From a virus (taxonomy: Duplodnaviria > Caudoviricetes): a stretch of DNA of 32,243 bases. Within the stretch, counting starts at the first letter, position 1. Every line of letters starts with the position of its first letter. Positions 26,238-32,243 of this stretch are shown here, one piece after another. The position numbers and the translations under genes are program-made. The notes under the pieces were generated by a model. The model searched no databases and was not told the DNA's origin. It was given only the letters and a program-made list of their open reading frames with translations. Location: positions 1 through 32,243 of the IMG/VR virus record IMGVR_UViG_3300016476_000270; one strand, 5' to 3'.

Positions 26238-26456
26238 ATGGAATCAGAAGCTCAAAAACTGACACCAGCACAGCATTTATTGAAGGAATTTGGATCTTAC
26301 AAGGCTCTGGCAGAAAAGATGGGTATGAGCTATCAGACTGCATTTAGCTTTAGCTTTCGCAAAATTCCACATAAGCACATTGATAAATTGATCCAGCTGT
26401 CAGAAGGTCGTTTATCTAAAGAGATGCTAAGACCGGATGACACCTACACAGCGTAG
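26238..26456 (+). CDS. Cro/YdaS-like transcriptional regulator
   Basis: FGSYKALAEKMGMSYQTA helix-turn-helix, C-terminal LRPD; first rightward gene. Confidence 0.8.
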   Translation: MESEAQKLTPAQHLLKEFGSYKALAEKMGMSYQTAFSFSFRKIPHKHIDKLIQLSEGRLSKEMLRPDDTYTA

Positions 26457-26739
26457 CCTAGCCTATATGCGTGAGCATGGGTATCTGTGCGAAGTCACAG
26501 AAAAATGGAATAACTTTGCCAAGATCAGACAAGATCTATATGGGTTTATTGATGTGCTATGTGTAGGTGAAGATATTGTCGGTGTGCAGACTACTACTAA
26601 AGAAAACATGAAGGCTCGTATCGATAAGATCTCGAACCATGATAATTTTCCAGCTGTGATCGCATCTGGTATGCGGATCGTAGTTCATGGCTGGCATAAG
26701 AAGGACAATCGCTGGAATTTGGAAATATTCGAATTCTAG
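26437..26739 (+). CDS. PD-(D/E)xK-like nuclease (possible Holliday junction resolvase)
   Basis: MREHGY...DLYGFIDVL...VGVQTT arrangement. Confidence 0.6.
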   Translation: MTPTQRSLAYMREHGYLCEVTEKWNNFAKIRQDLYGFIDVLCVGEDIVGVQTTTKENMKARIDKISNHDNFPAVIASGMRIVVHGWHKKDNRWNLEIFEF

Positions 26740-26748
26740 TTTAAGCTA

Positions 26749-26807
26749 TGGATATGGCTAGGTTAAATTGACCGAAAAGCTGATTAGTCACCAGTCTGCC
26801 TTATCCA
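26749..26807 (+). ncRNA. c4-like structured antisense RNA
   Basis: Outer stem TGGATATGGC/GCCTTATCCA enclosing two hairpins separated by GAAAA; loop TAGTCAC complementary to downstream GTGACTA. Confidence 0.6.
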
Positions 26808-26840
26808 CCATTTTTGTGACTACCTTTGACTGGGGACAAT

Positions 26841-27608
26841 ATGAATTACTACTCTTTCCACATTGGGGACTATGCAGCCCATACTAGAAGATTAAGCCTT
26901 CTAGAAGATCTAGCGTATAGAAGATTGCTAGATGAATATTATCTACAAGAAGAACCATTAACAGGTGAAGCTGATCTAATTGCTCGTCAAATAGGTATGG
27001 CTGAATATGTCGATGAAGTCGATTATGTGCTTACTTGTTTTTTTGAAAGCACTCCACATGGCTATATAAATAAGAGATGTGATGAAGAAATCGAGAAATA
27101 TCATGCAAAACATGAACAAGCGATTAAAGCTGGTAGAGCATCTGCTGAAAAGCGGTTGAACAAGCGTTCAACATCCGTTCAACTAACCAATAACCAAGAA
27201 CCAATAACCAATAACCATATAGATATAAATAAACCTAAAAAAGTTAAAAAATCTATAAAAACTGGATTGCCAGAAGATTTTTGTATTTCAGATGCGATAA
27301 GAGCATGGGCTACTAAAAATGGTTATACGCAACTAGAAAAGCACTTTGATTATTTTGTAGATGCTGCTAAATCTAATGGATATTCGTATGCTGATTGGGA
27401 TGCTGCTTTTAGAAAAGCTATATCTGGAAACTGGGCTAAAGTAGGTCAATTCACCATAAATAAAAAGTCTGATGACAAGAGCTGGATGTTTAGTAACGAA
27501 GGGATCGTATCTAAAGCCAATGAGCTAGGTCTTAGATCAGAAGGTCTGAGCTATCAGCAGCTTAAAGATAAGTGCGTTTTTGTAATGGCACAGAGGGCGG
27601 TAGCATGA
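26841..27608 (+). CDS. Replication initiator-like protein, YdaU/DUF1376 family
   Basis: MNYYSFHIGDY...HTRRLSLLEDLAYRRLLDEYY...NKRCDEEI; GGGGA SD before ATG 26841; helical C-terminal DWDAAFR domain. Confidence 0.85.
   Translation: MNYYSFHIGDYAAHTRRLSLLEDLAYRRLLDEYYLQEEPLTGEADLIARQIGMAEYVDEVDYVLTCFFESTPHGYINKRCDEEIEKYHAKHEQAIKAGRASAEKRLNKRSTSVQLTNNQEPITNNHIDINKPKKVKKSIKTGLPEDFCISDAIRAWATKNGYTQLEKHFDYFVDAAKSNGYSYADWDAAFRKAISGNWAKVGQFTINKKSDDKSWMFSNEGIVSKANELGLRSEGLSYQQLKDKCVFVMAQRAVA
27155..27260. repeat. Putative replication origin: iteron-like repeats plus AT-rich tract
   Basis: GTTGAAC/GTTCAAC/GTTCAAC (27155-27183), five tandem AACCAAT-like heptamers (27185-27219), then a very A-rich tract, inside the initiator gene. 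Confidence 0.6.
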
Positions 27609-28249
27609 GAGTGGAAATAGGTAATGCAATCTTATATTTAGGTGATAGCTCAGATATTTTGCCTACTCTTGGTAAATTTGATGCAGTAGTAACAGATCCT
27701 CCGTATGGCATAGGTGAATCTAAAGGTAGAAATAAATCAAGAGGTAAGTTAGCTATATCTAAAGATTATGGTGATGATGATTGGGATAATGATCCAATTT
27801 CTAAAGAAACTGTAGATTTTATTAGGTCAATTTCTGAATGGCAGATAATTTTTGGTGGTAATTATTTTGAACTTCCACCTACAAAATGCTGGTTAATTTG
27901 GGATAAAGAAAATGGTGCTACAGATTTTGCTGATGCTGAAATGGCATGGACTAATTTAAATAAAGCAGTTAGGCTAAAAAGATATATGTGGCATGGTATG
28001 TTAAGAGCTAATAAAGAGCCTAGGGGTGATCATCCTACTCAAAAACCTATAGGTATTATGGAATGGGTTATTAGTCATTTACCAGAAAATGTAGAAACAA
28101 TTATCGATCCATTTATGGGGTCTGGCACTACTGGTGTAGCTTGTATGAATATGAAAAAACAATTTATTGGCATAGAACGAGAGCAAAAATATTTTGATAT
28201 TGCTTGTAAAAGATTAGAGGATGCTCAAAGACAGGTTACATTGTTTTAA
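27605..28249 (+). CDS. DNA methyltransferase, N6-adenine/N4-cytosine, beta class
   Basis: VTDPPYG, HPTQKP, IDPFMGSGTTG, FIGIE; start set at the ATGA overlap at 27605. Confidence 0.93.
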   Translation: MRVEIGNAILYLGDSSDILPTLGKFDAVVTDPPYGIGESKGRNKSRGKLAISKDYGDDDWDNDPISKETVDFIRSISEWQIIFGGNYFELPPTKCWLIWDKENGATDFADAEMAWTNLNKAVRLKRYMWHGMLRANKEPRGDHPTQKPIGIMEWVISHLPENVETIIDPFMGSGTTGVACMNMKKQFIGIEREQKYFDIACKRLEDAQRQVTLF

Positions 28250-28443
28250 TGGATTTATTTGTAGATACATCATCAAAAGAATGGCGTAGAGAGTGCGAGC
28301 TGCGATGGATAGCAGAAAAAACTCTACAAGAAAGAAGAAACTATCTACAATTAGTAGAACTTAATCGTGGAATTAAAGCCAGAGAAGATTTGGAAATAGG
28401 ATTATTAGAGTTATGGAAAAACAAGAAATCCAGAGATCAATGA
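28249..28443 (+). CDS. Hypothetical protein
   Basis: 64 aa, coupled to both neighbours; SKEWRRECELRW motif. Confidence 0.65.
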   Translation: MDLFVDTSSKEWRRECELRWIAEKTLQERRNYLQLVELNRGIKAREDLEIGLLELWKNKKSRDQ

Positions 28444-28769
28444 GCACTATTCATCCGAATAAGGCTATTCAATACATTCTCGATTATTCACCAGAGTATG
28501 CAGCTGTCAGAGCACAGAGGATTTGGCTTGCAGAATATATGAAGGTAGTAAAGTCGCAGCTGGTTATTAAATGTAATGAATCTTCTATCAGCAGAGCAGA
28601 GCATTACGCATTAGCACATCCAGATTATTTATTACAGCTCGATGCCTACAAGATCGCTAGTGAAAGGGAAACTCATCTCTACTGGTGGCTTGCAGCTGCA
28701 CAAGCTCGCATCGATGTATGGCGAACTGAAGAAGCAAGCAATAGACAGAACGATAGAAATACTCGATGA
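28440..28769 (+). CDS. Helical hypothetical protein (possibly UvsY-like)
   Basis: ATGA overlap at 28440; AEHYALAHPDY...ARIDVWRTEEASNR. Confidence 0.6.
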   Translation: MSTIHPNKAIQYILDYSPEYAAVRAQRIWLAEYMKVVKSQLVIKCNESSISRAEHYALAHPDYLLQLDAYKIASERETHLYWWLAAAQARIDVWRTEEASNRQNDRNTR

Positions 28770-29065
28770 CATTGGCTGAAAAACAATATAAAGCACTTGT
28801 AGCTAGATTAGGCTGCATGATTTGTCGTAGGCTATTCGATAATTTGGAATTGATAGATTCACCAGTAGAATTGCATCATGCTCGTGCTGGTCGTGGCTGG
28901 GGGAAAGGTGATTACACCACCTTAATACCACTTTGTTACGAGCATCATCGTGGCAATACTGGAGTGCATGGTTTAGGCTCTACAAAAGGCTTATTTAAGA
29001 AGTATGGTTTTACAGAAGAAGATTTACTAGATGACACAAGAAAACAATTACAAGCGTTACTGTGA
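28766..29065 (+). CDS. Ref-family (recombination enhancement) HNH-like nuclease
   Basis: LGCMICR, VELHH, IPLCYEHHR, GVHG motifs. Confidence 0.8.
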   Translation: MTLAEKQYKALVARLGCMICRRLFDNLELIDSPVELHHARAGRGWGKGDYTTLIPLCYEHHRGNTGVHGLGSTKGLFKKYGFTEEDLLDDTRKQLQALL

Positions 29066-29171
29066 TGGATGCCATAGATCGATGCCGATGAATTTAGGTC
29101 GAGTAGTTAAAAGCCCAGATGGATTAAGGTATAAGTTCTATTGCAAAAAATGCGTAGAGGATAAGGGATGA
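29031..29171 (+). CDS. Zinc-ribbon micro-protein, 46 aa (not in ORF track)
   Basis: MTQENNYKRYCDGCHRSMPMNLGRVVKSPDGLRYKFYCKKCVEDKG; two CxxC; stop overlaps the next ATG. Confidence 0.7.
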   Translation: MTQENNYKRYCDGCHRSMPMNLGRVVKSPDGLRYKFYCKKCVEDKG

Positions 29172-29731
29172 TATTAGACGATGCACTCGGCATGAATAAT
29201 GCAATAATAGTGGCTCATCCAGATGATGAAGCTCTCTGGGCTGGTGGTTTACCAGTTAGATATAAATATCGTAAGTTCACGATTATCTGCTGCTCGATCC
29301 CTAGAAATGATCCTATTCGTGCCATGAAGTTTTTCGAATCATGCCATCGTCTAAATGCTAGAGGGATTCTTCTGCCACAGGTCGAAAGCGAGCCATCAGA
29401 GCAGCTTAAAAACTTACAATGGTTAGATATATCTGGTTACGATGCAGTAATTACGCACAATTCAGTAGGTGAATATGGTCACGAGCACCATAGACAAGTT
29501 CATCGATATGTCAGTTCACTATGTAAGCCAATTACATTCGGATTCGGAATAAATACCAATGTCACTATCGATCTCACAGTTCAAGAAGTTAATAAGAAGA
29601 TCAAAGCTCTACAGGCTTACGATCATATTTTACCTTTTAATGGTCAAGAAATAACAAAGTGGGAAGCTCTGATTCAGAGATACTGCCAGCAAGAGGGTTT
29701 AGATTTAAGAATCGAGAAATACAATGTCTGA
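29168..29731 (+). CDS. PIG-L/LmbE-family N-acetylsugar deacetylase
   Basis: IIVAHPDDE zinc motif and VITHNSVGEYGHEHH. Confidence 0.9.
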   Translation: MILDDALGMNNAIIVAHPDDEALWAGGLPVRYKYRKFTIICCSIPRNDPIRAMKFFESCHRLNARGILLPQVESEPSEQLKNLQWLDISGYDAVITHNSVGEYGHEHHRQVHRYVSSLCKPITFGFGINTNVTIDLTVQEVNKKIKALQAYDHILPFNGQEITKWEALIQRYCQQEGLDLRIEKYNV

Positions 29732-31337
29732 TTATCAAAAGTTCGACCTTATCAATGGTCAAGTGTGCAATATTCAAGGCAGAATGACTGACAAGCTAAA
29801 AGCAATTCCGCTACCAGATCTAACAGGTAAGCGAGTGCTAGACATTGGCTGCGATCATGGATTCTGGACATTTTTATCTGCTGAAAAAGCTAAAAAGGTC
29901 GTGGCTTTAGATCGTGGCAGACCAGTTCAAGGTGAGTATGTAGATCTAGTAGCTAAGAATACTAAGACAGCTGCTGATCACAATATCCAGAATGTAGAGT
30001 TTAGATACATGAATCTGGGGAAACAATGGCACGATCAAGGTAAATACGATGTGATCTATCTATTCTCTCTATATCATCATATCTACCAAAATACAGGCGG
30101 TGATCACGATAGCATCTGGTTCTGGTTAAGCAGACAGATAGAAGAAGATGGTGAGCTGCTCTGGGAAAATCCATACTCAGCAGAAGATAGCGTAGTGGAA
30201 CGAAATGTAGATAGTAGATACTGGGGTAATTATTCTCTACAAAATATCCTTAAAGCAGCTGCTAAGTATTTCACTTACGAATACATCGGTGAAGCTCTAC
30301 ATGAGCCTACTCGTAAGGTTTATCGTTTTAAGCCATTACCTATGCCAGATCGTAAATATACAGGTCATACTAGATCTGGTGCTGGTGGTGCAAGTAAAGC
30401 CTTCGAGTATTCTGGACATCGTAGGGTAGGCGAGTTTAAAGAAGTGCTAGGTAAAGACTTCTTCTGCGGATCATTGAATATCGAGCTGGATCGTGATTTC
30501 CATTACGACACAGACTATTTCAGATGCGAAATACTAGATGTAGTGAAGCGTGGTCAAGGGCTAGATGTAGAGTGGAAACCTAGATGGGCTAGGATTTATC
30601 CACTTATCGTTAATGGGCATCAGGGCTATGCTTTCAGATTTGAGGGCGAAAGCTATCCCCTAAACTCTGTAGAAGTTCTGGCATCTATTCGATTAAGAGA
30701 TTACATCACTACGACAGTAAATATCAATTATTCGATCTCGATTGTTTGCGTGAATGTAGAGAACTATTGCAGCGAAGGCACGAGATATGTGAACAATCTC
30801 TACAAAGCAGTAAAAGAAAACTTCACATTACCATTTAACTTCTATTGCATCAGTGATCAAGATGGTTACGAAAAAGGTGTAAATGTCATCAAAGCCGATG
30901 GATCTCATGGCTGGTATAGCAAGATCTATATGTTTAAGTTATTCACAGGCAGAACGATCTACTTTGATCTCGATACGATCATCGCTGGGAATATCGATTA
31001 CTTAGCTAGATCTAATCACTTGGCTATGCTGACAGACTTCTACTTCCCAGAGAATTATGGATCAGGCGTAATGACATGGAATGGCGATTATTCTCATATC
31101 TACGATAACTGGGTAGAACAAGATAAGCCATCTATGACACATGGCGATCAGGAATGGATAGCTTATGCCATGCAACAAGAGGTAGATTCTCTACAGGATC
31201 TATATCCAGATCAGATCTACAGCTATAAAGCACATGATCTACAAAATATAAAAGGCTCTGTAATTTGCTTTCATGGACAGCCTAAGCCACATAATGCTAG
31301 TAAGTGGGCAATAAAAGAATGGAGTAAGCATGAGTAA
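29724..31337 (+). CDS. Triple fusion: class I SAM methyltransferase + CTP-dependent riboflavin-kinase-like domain + GT-A glycosyltransferase
   Basis: VLDIGCDHG / YDVIYLFSLYHH; GHTRSGAG...FKEVLG...GSLNIEL...VEVLASIRLRD; GWYSKIYMF / YFDLD / SGVM / GDQEWI / FHGQPKP. Confidence 0.8.
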   Translation: MSDYQKFDLINGQVCNIQGRMTDKLKAIPLPDLTGKRVLDIGCDHGFWTFLSAEKAKKVVALDRGRPVQGEYVDLVAKNTKTAADHNIQNVEFRYMNLGKQWHDQGKYDVIYLFSLYHHIYQNTGGDHDSIWFWLSRQIEEDGELLWENPYSAEDSVVERNVDSRYWGNYSLQNILKAAAKYFTYEYIGEALHEPTRKVYRFKPLPMPDRKYTGHTRSGAGGASKAFEYSGHRRVGEFKEVLGKDFFCGSLNIELDRDFHYDTDYFRCEILDVVKRGQGLDVEWKPRWARIYPLIVNGHQGYAFRFEGESYPLNSVEVLASIRLRDYITTTVNINYSISIVCVNVENYCSEGTRYVNNLYKAVKENFTLPFNFYCISDQDGYEKGVNVIKADGSHGWYSKIYMFKLFTGRTIYFDLDTIIAGNIDYLARSNHLAMLTDFYFPENYGSGVMTWNGDYSHIYDNWVEQDKPSMTHGDQEWIAYAMQQEVDSLQDLYPDQIYSYKAHDLQNIKGSVICFHGQPKPHNASKWAIKEWSKHE

Positions 31338-31545
31338 TCACGAACCTATTGCATATTGGGATGGGAAACATTTTGCAAGTAAAGAAAAATCAAGTCTTGC
31401 CAATATCCCACTTTATACAGCACCACATTATCGTGAGTTAAGTAAAGAAGATATTTTGAAGTTGGCATTTGAATTTGATATTTGGCTTGGTGAAGATGAC
31501 ATCAAGTTTATTCAGTTTGTGCTAAAGAAAGCGGTAGAAAAATGA
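31330..31545 (+). CDS. Hypothetical protein
   Basis: GGAG SD; EPIAY...IPLYTAP motif common in phage accessory ORFs. Confidence 0.65.
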   Translation: MSNHEPIAYWDGKHFASKEKSSLANIPLYTAPHYRELSKEDILKLAFEFDIWLGEDDIKFIQFVLKKAVEK

Positions 31546-32168
31546 GAATCAATCTATCCAGTAATGTAGAAGAAGTATCTAAGAATCTCTACAAGTTCGA
31601 AAGAGATCAGTTACCTTTTGCCATCAGCCTAGCAATCAATGACACAGCAGAAGCTGTAGCTAATGAGATCACTAGACAGATGCCACAGTATCTAGATAGA
31701 CCTACACCATTCACAGAAACTACATTCCAGTATCGGTCAGGTAAGTTTAGAGGTAAGCGAGCTAATAAGCGGACACTAACTGCAATCATCGAAGGCGGTG
31801 AGATCCAAAGTAAATACCTAAAGTTTCAAGTAGAAGGTGGAACTGAAACACCTAAGAAACGAGCTATCGCTGTGCCTACTAAGAACGCACCACTCAATAG
31901 ATATGGCAACATACCGAATAGAAAAGCTGGACTGATCAAGAAGCCTACACAGTTCTCAGCTGAGATCAATGGGATAGCTGGTATCTGGGAACGCAGCCAG
32001 AGTAAAGGCGTAAAGAAGTTAAAGCTCATCATGGCATACGAGCCTAGCGTTCAATATGAACCTAGATTCCCTATATACAAGATAGCAGATGGCATCTCTC
32101 GTAATACATTTAACAGACGATTCGATGTAGCGATGAAGAAAGCACTTGCTACAGCTAGGACTAAGTAA
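31542..32168 (+). CDS. Tail completion protein, gpZ/HK97-gp10-like, located before cos
   Basis: QLPFAISLAINDTA...DRPTPFT, YLKFQVEGG; very basic. Confidence 0.6.
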   Translation: MRINLSSNVEEVSKNLYKFERDQLPFAISLAINDTAEAVANEITRQMPQYLDRPTPFTETTFQYRSGKFRGKRANKRTLTAIIEGGEIQSKYLKFQVEGGTETPKKRAIAVPTKNAPLNRYGNIPNRKAGLIKKPTQFSAEINGIAGIWERSQSKGVKKLKLIMAYEPSVQYEPRFPIYKIADGISRNTFNRRFDVAMKKALATARTK

Positions 32169-32186
32169 TGTTGCGTAAATACAACA
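32169..32186. promoter_or_regulatory. Palindromic site TGTTGC-N6-ACAACA (left of cos)
   Basis: TGTTGCGTAAATACAACA; partner of 132-149. Confidence 0.5.
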
Positions 32187-32202
32187 CTATTCCAGAAAAA
32201 GT

Positions 32203-32213
32203 AGGTTCTTTCC
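32203..32213 (+). promoter_or_regulatory. cosQ-like packaging termination element
   Basis: AGGTTCTTTCC versus lambda GGGTCCTTTCC (9/11), ending 16 nt before the terminal repeat. Confidence 0.55.
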
Positions 32214-32229
32214 AAGAAAATAGACTGCG

Positions 32230-32242
32230 GGTAATTCGCGAC
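32230..32242 (+). repeat. Right terminal repeat GGTAATTCGCGAC, putative cohesive end
   Basis: Identical to 2-14. Confidence 0.8.
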
Positions 32243-32243
32243 A

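Larger units (their letters stand above)
1..32243. mobile_element. Apparently complete lambda-like cos siphophage genome
   Basis: Full set of packaging, head, tail, lysis, recombination and replication genes; no host genes; identical 13-nt sequence at both ends directly upstream of the terminase genes. Confidence 0.93.

Noticed and set aside
26749-26807. Possible tRNA
   Set aside because: Only two internal arms, no TTC T-loop, too short; the trailing CCA alone is insufficient.
26826-27604. Track starts at 26826 (TTG) and 27572
   Set aside because: SD position and ATGA coupling favour 26841 and 27605; similarly 23488, 26009, 28440 and 8983 are preferred over the longest-ORF starts.
27605-28249. 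Restriction-modification system
   Set aside because: No adjacent cognate restriction endonuclease; orphan methyltransferases are common in phages, and the nearby nucleases are resolvase-like or Ref-like.
30351-30720. Calling the RibK-like domain an auxiliary flavin-metabolism gene
   Set aside because: It is fused between a methyltransferase and a glycosyltransferase with no flavin-pathway neighbours; the substrate cannot be assigned from sequence.
31607-32032. Two minus-strand ORFs, and likewise 23654-23848 on the plus strand
   Set aside because: Shadows of the gpZ-like and SSB-like genes.
1-32243. Stop-codon reassignment suggested by abundant TAG-containing words
   Set aside because: Standard code 11 gives full-length, densely tiled genes; the TAG strings fall out of frame (CTA-G, T-AGA), and TAG is used as a real stop (e.g. 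9947-9949).

Overview
The window is an apparently complete, unit-length (cos-to-cos) 32.2-kb genome of a lambda-like siphophage, AT-rich, with no integrase or CI repressor visible. The host is probably a Gram-negative aquatic proteobacterium (inference from gene content only). Order on the + strand: cos, terminase subunits, gpW-like protein, lambda-type portal, two accessory virion genes, a protease-major capsid fusion with an internal start, a Maf/GT42-like gene, head-tail joining genes, tail tube, frameshifted tail chaperones, tape measure, tail tip and fibre, a block of secreted/membrane proteins, a 3TM holin and a GH19 endolysin. A leftward early operon follows (ERF annealase, YqaJ exonuclease, SSB-like protein, HNH-AP2 endonuclease, several micro-proteins). 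A divergent control region leads into a rightward operon: Cro-like protein, nuclease, c4-like RNA, DUF1376 initiator with origin-like repeats, DNA methyltransferase, Ref-like nuclease, PIG-L deacetylase, a methyltransferase / CTP-dependent-kinase-like / glycosyltransferase triple fusion, and a displaced gpZ-like gene. The best candidates for a new system are (1) the deacetylase + MTase-kinase-GT glycan-tailoring module, possibly with the Maf-like gene, and (2) the secreted NIDO-like/Cys-repeat protein cassette embedded in the lysis region. There is also a strong genome-wide palindrome bias (CTAG, GATC, AGCT, TCGA abundant; GTAC, ACGT, GGCC, GCGC not seen by eye). All family assignments are by motif recognition, not database search.
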